Shown here in pieces: positions 41,294-50,751 of a DNA stretch of 64,000 bases. Location: positions 704,001 to 768,000 of the forward strand of contig OY729416.1 in assembly GCA_963422265.1 (NCBI GenBank), given 5' to 3'. The position numbers and the translations under genes were made by a program. The notes under the pieces were generated by a model. The model was not told the origin of the DNA. It searched no databases and saw nothing but the letters and a program-made list of their open reading frames with translations. Numbering within the stretch: the first letter of the stretch is position 1; each line of letters begins with the position of its first letter. The DNA comes from Thermodesulfobacteriota bacterium (lineage in GTDB: Bacteria > Desulfobacterota_D > UBA1144 > Nemesobacterales > UBA2774).

Positions 41294-41845
41294 TTATCTA
41301 ACCAGCCTAGATATGCTCTTAAACTCATCCGTGCCCGCACGCTCTAAAAGCTGAAAAACGAATGCCTCCATAGTTCCTATGGTAGCACCCGATCTTTCTA
41401 TCAGGCTCATCCCCTTTTCCCAATCAAGCCGACGCCTTGAGATCACCGCGTCCGCAGGCACATATACGGAGTAGCCCTTATTTATAAGATCAATTGCAGT
41501 CTGAAGCACGCACACGTGCGTCTCTACGCCGCATAGTAGCACTTCACGCTTGTTAATTTCATTGATTGCCGATTCAAATTCAGGAGATCGCACACAACTG
41601 AAAACAACTTTTTCTATGGGAGAAAAGTTGTCAACCGATTCTCTAACTTCCTGTATCGTAGGACCTAAGCCTTTCGGATACTGCTCGGTAACCGTAACCG
41701 GAATATCCAAAATCTTGGCTGCCTCAAGCAGTATCTTTATGTTTTTCACGTTCGTCCTAGCTACGTCTTCAGGCATCGCCCCCATCAGTCTTTCTTGAAC
41801 GTCAACAACTACAAACGACGTCTTGTCTTTACTTATAAAATCCAT
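41294..41845 (-). CDS. Isochorismatase family hydrolase
   Basis: VDVQERL, TEQYPKGLG, K..FSC, GVETHVCVLQT. Confidence 0.92.
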   Translation of the reverse strand: MDFISKDKTSFVVVDVQERLMGAMPEDVARTNVKNIKILLEAAKILDIPVTVTEQYPKGLGPTIQEVRESVDNFSPIEKVVFSCVRSPEFESAINEINKREVLLCGVETHVCVLQTAIDLINKGYSVYVPADAVISRRRLDWEKGMSLIERSGATIGTMEAFVFQLLERAGTDEFKSISRLVR

Positions 41846-41860
41846 AATAAGCCTCCTTAG

Positions 41861-42985
41861 CTATAACTCTTTCAAGGATTCATATTCGACTTTAGAGAAT
41901 AAACCATCTGGCAATTCCGACAATCTTTCATTAGCTACACGTATTGCAGGTTCTGAATTATCAACCCCAATCCAATTACGATTGAGGCACTGCGCAGCGA
42001 CAAGCGTCGTTCCCGAACCCGCAAAACAGTCGAGCACCAAATCCCCCTCATTAGAAGAAGCTTTAACTATAAACTTCAATAAATCTAGACTTTTCTCCGT
42101 CGGGTACCGTGGATACTGCGGGTCCTTGAATTCCCATATATCTTGCATTTTTTTTCCTTCTCTTTCATCAAGGAACAACTTTTTGCGGGGGACGCCGTTA
42201 GGTGACCATTCTATCAACCCTTGCTTGTCCCAGACATCCAAAACTTCTGGGGAGCTTCTCCAATGCCTGCCTTCAGGAGGTTTTATTCCTCTCCATGATG
42301 TTCCAGTACTCCCGCTTGTAGTTTCTCCGGGGGCGTGAAGCGGAATAGTAGTATATCTTCTACCATCTCTATCAATTTTCTTAAACAAACGTTCTACGTC
42401 CTCATTAGAAAAGGGAATTTTAGGATCGTTCCAAGTGAGGTTATCCGACATTGAGTAAAATAAAATTAGGTCTTTGATATTACCATACGCTCTGCGATGG
42501 AAGTTCTTAGGATTACACTTGACACGGGTAATATCGTTACGAAAATTCTTTCGCCCAAAGACCTCGTCCATTAGGAGCTTTACGTAGTGTCCAATTTTGT
42601 AGTCAATGTGGAGATAAATAGAACCATGATCTGACAGTAATTCTCGCAAAAAGATCAACCGCTCGCGCAGAAACTCCAAAAATTCAGCACCAATTAAAGT
42701 GTCGCTATACGCTAAACTATCGGCATTACTACTGCTTATCGTATTTGCTCTATTTTTTCCTATTTTAAATCGCCCGTTGGTAGCAAACGGTGGATCAATG
42801 TAAATTAAATCCACCTCGCCCTTATAGCTATCAAAAAGGGAACGAAGAACCGAAAGATTTTCACCTTGAATTAACTTGTTGTTTCCTCTTCCCCCGGAAA
42901 CTGATTTCAATTCTCTCTTCTCAGTTTGCCTGAGAATATAACTTTCCTCCTTTTTGTTCTCATAGTATAACAACATAGCCGTCAC
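41861..42985 (-). CDS. Site-specific amino (N6A/N4C) DNA methyltransferase, beta class
   Basis: LIYIDPPF precedes YPTEK and LDCFAGSGTT. Confidence 0.93.
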   Translation of the reverse strand: MTAMLLYYENKKEESYILRQTEKRELKSVSGGRGNNKLIQGENLSVLRSLFDSYKGEVDLIYIDPPFATNGRFKIGKNRANTISSSNADSLAYSDTLIGAEFLEFLRERLIFLRELLSDHGSIYLHIDYKIGHYVKLLMDEVFGRKNFRNDITRVKCNPKNFHRRAYGNIKDLILFYSMSDNLTWNDPKIPFSNEDVERLFKKIDRDGRRYTTIPLHAPGETTSGSTGTSWRGIKPPEGRHWRSSPEVLDVWDKQGLIEWSPNGVPRKKLFLDEREGKKMQDIWEFKDPQYPRYPTEKSLDLLKFIVKASSNEGDLVLDCFAGSGTTLVAAQCLNRNWIGVDNSEPAIRVANERLSELPDGLFSKVEYESLKEL

Positions 42986-43766
42986 AACTGATATAAAAAC
43001 TCTCGGAGAACGAGACTACTCATAATGTTTTTATCTCTCAGCTCCGTTGTAATCTCTCTATACATTTTATACTTGCCTTTGACGTATAATATGCCATCCA
43101 AAATAGCTATAGGAATTGCCTTGAGTCCACTTAACTTCAACGGAGCTACACCGTCATTAAACTGAGCGTTCTGGTGACCGCCAATATCCGTGAGGAATTT
43201 TGCCTCGCCTATGACGTATTGACCATTGAAGCGAGCGATTAAATCAAGACCTTTATCCAACTCTCGTAATTGAGATGTTCTTTAGCAAATAGCATCATTT
43301 CAACATCGCTTGCATCCAAGATAGCGTTATCTTTCGTCGCAACAAACTCATCCAATCTAACAGGTTTTACTCCCAGTGATTTTTGATTCAACCATCTTCG
43401 AAATAGGGGACCGATTTGACGATTTGTCTCTTTCGGTTCAGAAGAAAGTTCAAAAACCTTATCTATGCCCATCTCATAGAGACGCCCACAGAGACGCTTG
43501 ACAGTTGCAGGGTTACGCCGCATGGCACCGCTATCTTTCCTCAGATACGCTACATAAGAATCTTTGATCGGGAAAAGATCAAGCTTTAATAGATTGTTAA
43601 GTAAGGCTATATCGTCTCTTTCTTGAAAGGCTCTCTCTACGCCTTTCCATACTTTGGGATCAATGTCTCTGATCCCTTCAGGAATAGTTGGATATACCCG
43701 GAAAAGATCGTCTAAGTAACTTCTTTGATTAGCATATTCTATACTTAATTTAATCCAATGGTTCAT
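42982..43766 (-). pseudogene. Type II restriction endonuclease (Tsp45I-like by recalled similarity), split by a frameshift near 43261-43265
   Basis: Two overlapping ORFs (43239-43766 and 42982-43260) in different frames; PD-(D/E)xK-like GLD...GEAK motif in the second; GTGA overlap with the MTase. Confidence 0.8.
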
Positions 43767-43797
43767 AGGCAGTTTAGCTACTCTACTTGTTTAAGCC

Positions 43798-44337
43798 TTA
43801 GAATAAATCCAATACCTCTTTTTCGCTGGCTTTTTCTTCAAGGTCTTCTAGCTCTTTACTTCTATACTCCAAATGGCATCTTATCTCAAAGTTATCTCCC
43901 GTTAGAGATGCAACTATGGCTGTATCCTTAGACTCCCAGGTTGAAAAATATGACAAATGCCCCTTACTTAGAGCATATCCCCAATCGGAAGGATTGTCTT
44001 TATATAAATCGTCGTCTCAGAATACATTTTCTTCTTTTGGTTTTCCGTACTTCTTTGTGAGTATCTCTGTGAAATCACTATAGTCGTTTATGAAAAGGTT
44101 GTCGTTCTCATGAGTTCCATCTAAAATATACTTCGCTCGTACTAACTGATCATCAATAAAAACATAAAGGATTGTTACAATCTTACCAATTACAACCTCA
44201 TATCCTAAACGTAAAGTCTCCATGTACCCACCGCCTCCCTCTTCTAATACTTCCACATCTTCTGAGGATTTAACCTGTGCAATAGACATCCCCCACCTTG
44301 TCTTCCTAAAATTGTATAGGCTGTTCTCCTCACTCAT
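43798..44337 (-). pseudogene. Hypothetical protein interrupted by an in-frame TGA at 44017-44019
   Basis: Frame continues after TGA for 72 sense codons (DDDLYKDNPSDWGYALSKGHLSYFSTW...EVLDLF) to TAA at 43798. Confidence 0.75.
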
Positions 44338-44366
44338 TTTACTACATCCTATTTGATTCAACATTA

Positions 44367-46010
44367 CTAAAATACATTATCGGCACTAGCACTCCATCCC
44401 TTAGCGTCAACGAGCACGCCGGGGTTCATAATCCAGGCAGGGTCGAGCTTTTTTTTGGCAGCTTTCAGAACTTCGCCAAACAGATGGGGTCTCTGCCGTT
44501 TATACCATTTATCATGGTATCTGCCAACCGCATGATGGTGGGTAATAGTCCCGCCGAGCTTAATAAAGAGATCAGATATTGCTGATTTTAGCTCGATTCC
44601 CATCTGAAGTTGACTCCCCTTTTTACCAGGGGCGGTAATAGAGTAGTAAGGGGCTGGACCATCGGGATAAGCATAGGTAAAGCGGCATGAGATAAATCCA
44701 CCTCCGCATACCTCATCCATTATTTTTTTCATCTCCGACATCACCGTCCCATGGAACTCCGCAAACTTCTCCCACGTAATAGCCGTTTCATACGTCTCCG
44801 TAATCATTCCCATGGCAACCAACGCTTCCCAAACGTAGGGCATACGTATGAAGGAGTTACGCCACGCGCCTGCTATGCCTTCTTTATTCTTATTGATATC
44901 TCCTGTGTTACCCGCTACTTCTTGATTGGGAACAATCCCTCCGTAATCCTTACAGCACTCAAGCGAGCGCTCCATCCAAGCGTCAAGAGGATGATCAGCC
45001 GATTCAAAACCGAGTACCATTATAGCCTCGCCCCCGTCGTGCACGTTATTAAACCAAGCCTCGGCAGGATCAAGTATGCGAACGTTAGAGGGCCAGAGCC
45101 CTGCTTGCAGTACAGCTCTGACCGCTTCTGAAGCCGAGAAAAAATCGGGAAAGAGTAGAGATGCGTTTTGACGAAAAGTTGGGCGTTTCTGAAGACGCAT
45201 CCATGCAGATGTAATTATACCCATAGCCCCTTCGGACCCCATTAGAAACCTGTCAGGACTTGGACCCGCGCCTGAGCCCGGAAGGCGTATAGACTCAATC
45301 TCCCCTACAGGAGTGACCATGCGGATGCTTTCTACAAATTCATCTATATGAGTCCCAAGCGTCGCATAATGACCACCCGATCGAGTAGCTATCCATCCAC
45401 CCAGGGTAGAGAACTGAAACGATTGGGGAAAATGGCGAAGCGTCAATCCTTCTGTTTTTAAGGAAGACTCAAGGGCGGGACCATAAATACCTGCTTGAAT
45501 ATTAGCAGCTCGTGAAGCCTTATCTATTTCAAGCACCTTATCAAAGCACTTCATGTCAATCACAACGGCGCCGTCGTAGCCGTCTCCTACATCAGGCTCC
45601 GTGCCCGCAACGACGCTCGATCCACCACCGTATGGAATTGCAGCGATACCAGAAGTAGAACACCAATCTAATATGTGGACTATCTCCTTTTCCGAGCTGG
45701 GAAAAGTGACAACGTCAGGAGCGATTCTAAAGTCCCGCTGATAAGCCCTCACTATATCTGGAAAGCCTTTTCCGTAGGTATGTGAGACCCTATCAAGCTT
45801 GGCACTAGAGCAAATATCAGCAAGATAGCTTGGAGCGTTTATCTTAGGCGGCGGCAAGTCTATTTCATCTAACTTTGGTATAGGATCAATCTCGATCCCA
45901 CTTATATCAAAGCGCCCCTCCATACGCTTAATAAGGGCTTTCTTTGATTCAACGCCTAAATCAGCTTGCTTTACTCCCCAACCCCAGAATTTACGCCCGT
46001 TCTCACTCAT
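44367..46010 (-). CDS. FAD-binding oxidoreductase (alkyl-DHAP synthase/VAO family)
   Basis: PYGGGSSV, HFPQSFQFSTLGGWIATRSGG, GSEG..GIIT, TITHHHAVG, DPAWIMNPG. Confidence 0.88.
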   Translation of the reverse strand: MSENGRKFWGWGVKQADLGVESKKALIKRMEGRFDISGIEIDPIPKLDEIDLPPPKINAPSYLADICSSAKLDRVSHTYGKGFPDIVRAYQRDFRIAPDVVTFPSSEKEIVHILDWCSTSGIAAIPYGGGSSVVAGTEPDVGDGYDGAVVIDMKCFDKVLEIDKASRAANIQAGIYGPALESSLKTEGLTLRHFPQSFQFSTLGGWIATRSGGHYATLGTHIDEFVESIRMVTPVGEIESIRLPGSGAGPSPDRFLMGSEGAMGIITSAWMRLQKRPTFRQNASLLFPDFFSASEAVRAVLQAGLWPSNVRILDPAEAWFNNVHDGGEAIMVLGFESADHPLDAWMERSLECCKDYGGIVPNQEVAGNTGDINKNKEGIAGAWRNSFIRMPYVWEALVAMGMITETYETAITWEKFAEFHGTVMSEMKKIMDEVCGGGFISCRFTYAYPDGPAPYYSITAPGKKGSQLQMGIELKSAISDLFIKLGGTITHHHAVGRYHDKWYKRQRPHLFGEVLKAAKKKLDPAWIMNPGVLVDAKGWSASADNVF

Positions 46011-46012
46011 CT

Positions 46013-47566
46013 CTATAAATTCTTGCTAAGCTCCTGCTCAAATTTGTGAGCTAGCTCACTCGCTTTTGAGTCGTATTCGTCAGTATTCGACCAGTTCTTC
46101 TTGGGCTCGAGAAGCCTTTCTTCAACGCCAGGGCAAGACGTGGGCACTCTGAGATCGAATATTGGAACCTTCCTAAACGAGCCCTTATCCAACGTTCCAT
46201 CCACAGCAGCAGTAACAAGCGCGCGCGTCTGGTGGAGAGGCATTCTTTTCCCAACGCCATAAGGTCCACCAGTGATTCCTGTATTAAGCAACCATACTTG
46301 CGCTCCACTTTCTTTGAGCCTATTTTTAAGCATCTCGGCATAAAACAGCGGGGGTCTTGGAAGGAATGGCGCACCAAAGCACGAGCTAAAAGTCGCCTGC
46401 GGCGCGCTCACTCCCCTTTCAGTACCAGCGACTTTAGCGGTGTATCCCAAGGTAAAATAATACATAGCCTGTTCAGGCGTCAACTTGGAAATAGGGGGAA
46501 GAACCCCAAACGCGTCATAAGTAAGCATAAATATAGTTCTAGGAATGCCACCAACCCCCTCGGGCACTATGTTAGTAAGCGCGTCTATCTGATAGGCGAC
46601 TCGCGTATTCTCGGTATGCTCATCACTATCAAAATCTATCTCGAGCGTCCCTTCGTCTATGGCTACGTTCTCCAAAACCGAGCCAAACCTCAAAGAGGCA
46701 TCGTATATCTCAGGCTCAGTCTTTGGGCTAAGCTTAATCGCCTTAGCATAGCAACCCCCTTCAAAATTAAACACGCCGCCGTCAAACCAACCGTGCTCAT
46801 CATCCCCTATGAGGGCACGATCTGGATCCGCCGACAGAGTTGTCTTACCCGTACCTGAAAGTCCGAAGAATAAAGCCACGTCGCCCCCCTTGCCAATGTT
46901 GGCAGAGCAGTGCATAGGGAACACGCCACTATCAGGAAGGAGAAAGTTAAGGGCGGAAAATACCGACTTCTTCATTTCACCAGCATACTGCGTGCCACCT
47001 ATAATAGCCATACGCTTTTCAAAGTTGAGCACTACGAAAGTCTCTGACCTAGTGCCATCCGTCTTAGGATCAGCCTTAACGCCCGGAGCGCATAGCACCG
47101 TAAATCCGATGGATCTATGGGGAAGATCATTCTTGCCCGGACGTCTGAAAAGATTATTAACAAATAAGCTGTGCCAAGCATATTCGGTTATGACTCTAAC
47201 ACTCGTGCAGTAGTCAGTATGGGCGCAAACGGACAAATCTCTCACAAAAAGATCCCTTCCCTGATAGTAGGACAGTATTTTCTTGTGAAGCACGTCGAAA
47301 TACTCAGGGGCAATAGGCTTATTAATCTTACCCCACAAGACGCTGTGCTGTGTGCTTGCTTCTTTTACAATAAAACGGTCAGCGGGAGACCGCCCCGTGT
47401 GAGCGCCTGTATAAGCTACTAACGTGCCACCTTGCGCAATACGCGCTTCCCCCCTTTTTACAGCTTCTTCATAAAGTGCTGGTATCGGCGAATTGTAGAA
47501 AACCTTGCCTGGATTGTTAATTCCGTGTTTTTCACTAAGCTCGTTTTCAGTTATTTCTTGCACCAA
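46013..47566 (-). CDS. pckA: PEP carboxykinase (ATP)
   Basis: TGRSP, YAGEMKKS, MHCSAN, GLSGTGKTTLS, IGDDEHGW, NFEGGCYAK. Confidence 0.97.
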   Translation of the reverse strand: MVQEITENELSEKHGINNPGKVFYNSPIPALYEEAVKRGEARIAQGGTLVAYTGAHTGRSPADRFIVKEASTQHSVLWGKINKPIAPEYFDVLHKKILSYYQGRDLFVRDLSVCAHTDYCTSVRVITEYAWHSLFVNNLFRRPGKNDLPHRSIGFTVLCAPGVKADPKTDGTRSETFVVLNFEKRMAIIGGTQYAGEMKKSVFSALNFLLPDSGVFPMHCSANIGKGGDVALFFGLSGTGKTTLSADPDRALIGDDEHGWFDGGVFNFEGGCYAKAIKLSPKTEPEIYDASLRFGSVLENVAIDEGTLEIDFDSDEHTENTRVAYQIDALTNIVPEGVGGIPRTIFMLTYDAFGVLPPISKLTPEQAMYYFTLGYTAKVAGTERGVSAPQATFSSCFGAPFLPRPPLFYAEMLKNRLKESGAQVWLLNTGITGGPYGVGKRMPLHQTRALVTAAVDGTLDKGSFRKVPIFDLRVPTSCPGVEERLLEPKKNWSNTDEYDSKASELAHKFEQELSKNL

Positions 47567-47696
47567 TATTCGTACCTCCGTAGCATTTATATCTTAATTT
47601 GTTTAGGCGTCTTAGACTCTTACGTATAAAGGGTACGTAAAAACTCAAGATATTATATAAAGATTAAAACGTTTTCAAGCCTAAACAAAATTCAGT

Positions 47697-47725
47697 TTGA
47701 CCCAAGACCTAACTTATGATAGATT
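47697..47725 (+). promoter_or_regulatory. Candidate sigma70 promoter for carD
   Basis: TTGACC-17 nt-TAGATT. Confidence 0.5.
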
Positions 47726-47765
47726 ATTATTTATCTTCGTATAAAAGGAAAAGTTCGCAACAACC

Positions 47766-48266
47766 ATGATATTCAAGGTAGGCAGTAAAGCCGTATATCC
47801 AGCCCACGGTGTTGTTAAAGTAGAATCGGTCGAATCAAAGGAGATTCTCGGGACTAGAAAGGACTTTTACATACTTCAAATAGTTGACGGTGGGGCTACT
47901 TTGATGGTCCCCACGGATAACACCGAGTCCGTCGGGCTTAGAACTCTGATTACCAAAAGAGGGATCACTAAAATCTATAAAATATTGAACGGTAAAGATA
48001 ACAAGTCAGTTCAGCAAGAAAACCACCAAAGCTGGAATAGAAGATACCGTGAATACTCGGATAAATTAAAAAGTGGGGATATATTTGAAATAGCTGGCAT
48101 ATTAAAAGATATATATCATCTTCAAAAAGACAAAGACCTGTCATTTGGGGAGAGGAAAATCATGGATTCCGCCCGATCCCTCCTCGTGAAAGAGATATCA
48201 ATTGCCAAAGACCTTGAAGAAAGTTTGGTAAGCGAAGAGATTAACAAACTCTTACAGCAATCCTAG
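47766..48266 (+). CDS. carD: CarD family transcription regulator
   Basis: FKVG..VYPAHGV, VGLR, WNRRYRE, LSFGER. Confidence 0.94.
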   Translation: MIFKVGSKAVYPAHGVVKVESVESKEILGTRKDFYILQIVDGGATLMVPTDNTESVGLRTLITKRGITKIYKILNGKDNKSVQQENHQSWNRRYREYSDKLKSGDIFEIAGILKDIYHLQKDKDLSFGERKIMDSARSLLVKEISIAKDLEESLVSEEINKLLQQS

Positions 48267-48589
48267 ATTTCTCCATAGCCTACCCCGCAACGTGAAATAT
48301 ATACGTGATGGACTCAACCAAAAATGATCAGGAATAAACGTAGATTAAGGGTGGTATTAAAATAATTGCCATTTGCGACGCATAGACGCCCCAAACCAAA
48401 ACCGTCCGACAATCCTTGCCATTGAAACCTAAAATCTCTGCTACCTATACTCATCACCACCTTAACCTCCTTTTACTAGAGCAAACACAGCACCTCAATC
48501 GCCGATCCTGTTGTTACTTTATAAAGCTCACATATAACACAAGCTCTCCCATCTGACCAACGGGAAAAAACTGCTATCAACAAACCGAA

Positions 48590-48945
48590 CTAGTTAGCTA
48601 CCCAGCCTCCATCAACCGATAGCATAGACCCCGTCATAAAAGCAACGTTTTCACTGTCGCAGAGGAACTTTACCGCATGAGCGATCTCCTCCGCTTTCCC
48701 AAAGCGTCCAAGGTGAGCGGTGGCTGGCTGTTGTTGCTTTAAAAATCCATCTACCTCTGGGGCGTTCTTTAAGAACTCCTCTACCATAGGCGTCCAGATA
48801 GTTCCCGGGCAGATGCAGTTAACCCTTATTCCTTTATCGGCATATTCAAGAGCCATGCTTCGCGTGAATTGAACTATCGCACCCTTAGTGGAATTATAAG
48901 CCGCGGCGCCGGGTATGGCTTTCAACCCAAGTATTGAGTCGAGCA
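48590..48945 (-). pseudogene. C-terminal half of a short-chain dehydrogenase/reductase (N-terminal Rossmann part missing)
   Basis: S...AAYNSTKG, IRVNCICPG, GRFG..EEIA, TGSMLSVDGG are present; no TGxxxGxG or NNAG upstream, where rarA occupies the space. Confidence 0.8.
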
Positions 48946-50271
48946 TCATCTTTTCCTTCGCTTCTTCCACTTGCTCTCAAGATATTTTTTGAGGTTAATT
49001 TCTCTGCCTACATCTGTAGGTTCGTAGAAAATCTTATCCTTTAGCTCTCGGGGAAGAAAATCCTGCTCAATAAAATGGTCGTCGGAATTGTGAGAGTATT
49101 TATAGTCTTTACCATAGCCAAGCTCCTTCATTAATTTTGTAGGAGCATTCCTTAAATGAAGAGGAATTGGCACGTTCGGGCCACTACGTACCTCAGACGA
49201 CGCCTTGCCCAGCGCCTTGTAAGACGCATTGCTCTTAGGACAACTAGCGAGATAGGTCGCTACCTGGGCGAGAACGATCGCCGCCTCGGGCATACCTACG
49301 TAATCAACCGCAGTAAAAGCGGACGTCGCCAAAGTTAGAGAATAAGGCTCCGCATTCCCTATATCTTCGGAAGATAATATAATAAGCCTTCGGGCTATAA
49401 ACTTGGGATCCTCTCCCGCTTCAAGCATTCTTGCAAGATAATACACGGCAGCGTCAGGGTCGCTCCCTCGGACGCTCTTAATAAACGCTGAAATAGTGTT
49501 GTAATGCTCATCGCCCATCCTATCATATTTATAATGACGCGTTTGGAAAGCCTCGCGAACAACGTCTCTGTTTATACTAAAAGAGTCCTGAGACTCACAG
49601 ATAACAATGGCAATCTCAAGTGCATTTAACATGACGCGGGCATCTCCACCGCTGAGTCTGACTAGCTCTCCTTTTGCCTCATCACTTAACAAGGTGCTAT
49701 TAACCCTTTCGTCCTTGCTAAACGTCTTGTTCAATATCTCGCCAAGATCATCATCCTTAAGCGACTCAAGAACATAAACGCCACATCTTGATAGGAGTGG
49801 AGAAATAACTTCAAAAGAGGGATTTTCAGTCGTGGCTCCAACTAAAACTACGCTTCCATCTTCAACGCTCTTAAGAAGGGCCGCCTGCTGAGACTTGTTA
49901 AAACGGTGAATCTCATCTATAAAAAGAACGGTTTTCCTCCCCATCTTAAGAGAGTTCACAGCCTCTGCGATTATTTCCCTAAGCTCCTTTATGCCTGATG
50001 ATATAGCGTTTATTTGAACAAAATCGGCTTCTATGCTTGTAGCTAATAATCTGGCGAGCGTAGTTTTGCCGGTGCCAGGCGGTCCCCAGAAAATCATAGA
50101 GTGCATCTTCTTATTCTGAAGCATCTTTCGGACCACTCCGTCCGATCCTATAAGGTGTTTCTGCCCAACGAATTCGTCAAAACTACGCGGGCGCACTCTC
50201 TCCGCCAGTGGAGCCGCCGATTTAGGTGGCTCAAATAAACCTTGCCCAAGTTTAAGATTCTTGCTAGCCAT
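48946..50271 (-). CDS. rarA: Replication-associated recombination protein A
   Basis: PLAERVRP, WGPPGTGKTT, DEIHRFNK, ATTENPSF, SAFIKSVRGSDPDAA, PLHLRNAPT. Confidence 0.96.
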   Translation of the reverse strand: MASKNLKLGQGLFEPPKSAAPLAERVRPRSFDEFVGQKHLIGSDGVVRKMLQNKKMHSMIFWGPPGTGKTTLARLLATSIEADFVQINAISSGIKELREIIAEAVNSLKMGRKTVLFIDEIHRFNKSQQAALLKSVEDGSVVLVGATTENPSFEVISPLLSRCGVYVLESLKDDDLGEILNKTFSKDERVNSTLLSDEAKGELVRLSGGDARVMLNALEIAIVICESQDSFSINRDVVREAFQTRHYKYDRMGDEHYNTISAFIKSVRGSDPDAAVYYLARMLEAGEDPKFIARRLIILSSEDIGNAEPYSLTLATSAFTAVDYVGMPEAAIVLAQVATYLASCPKSNASYKALGKASSEVRSGPNVPIPLHLRNAPTKLMKELGYGKDYKYSHNSDDHFIEQDFLPRELKDKIFYEPTDVGREINLKKYLESKWKKRRKR

Positions 50272-50364
50272 AAACAAAGGGTAGAAGGTTATAGACGATA
50301 AATCAACACTCTAGGATCACGGGGATAAGCCATGAGTTCAGAGAATTGTAAAAATGTCTATTTA

Positions 50365-50649
50365 TCAGAGAACTTCTAAGATAGTTCTTTTGAAGAGGGG
50401 ATTTAAGTCATTCATCGAGGAATCTTTGATCATCCAACAGTCAATTAAGTTGGCATCCCTTGTAAGAACAAGATTAAATCCGTTTTCCTTGCCCCAGATC
50501 ATTTGCTCTTTTAACGATGAATAATCCTCTTGCTCTACACCGTCGAGATCATCCATCGGCTTGTCCAGCAAGCCTTTCTCTATCTGTCCTAGGTATATAC
50601 TACGTGAGCTTTTGCTTCTGAAGTTGTATAAATTATCGGTATTTAACAT
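50365..50649 (-). CDS. Hypothetical protein (about 94 aa)
   Basis: ORF with AAGGAG SD before MLNTDN; no recognised motif. Confidence 0.6.
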   Translation of the reverse strand: MLNTDNLYNFRSKSSRSIYLGQIEKGLLDKPMDDLDGVEQEDYSSLKEQMIWGKENGFNLVLTRDANLIDCWMIKDSSMNDLNPLFKRTILEVL

Positions 50650-50751
50650 CCTTTCTCCTTCTTTAAGTCCTTTACGCTTAAACAACATTTTGACTAAATC
50701 GCCTATATGGTAAGCACGAATTACCGCTAGTCAAGGGGAAACATGAAACGC

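Noticed and set aside
44017-44019. TGA as selenocysteine or alternative genetic code
   Set aside because: TGA terminates ugd, eno, leuC and others normally; there is no redox-Cys context and no evident SECIS hairpin.
41111-44337. Prophage or integrative island at the tRNAs
   Set aside because: No integrase, phage genes or duplicated tRNA 3' end were seen.
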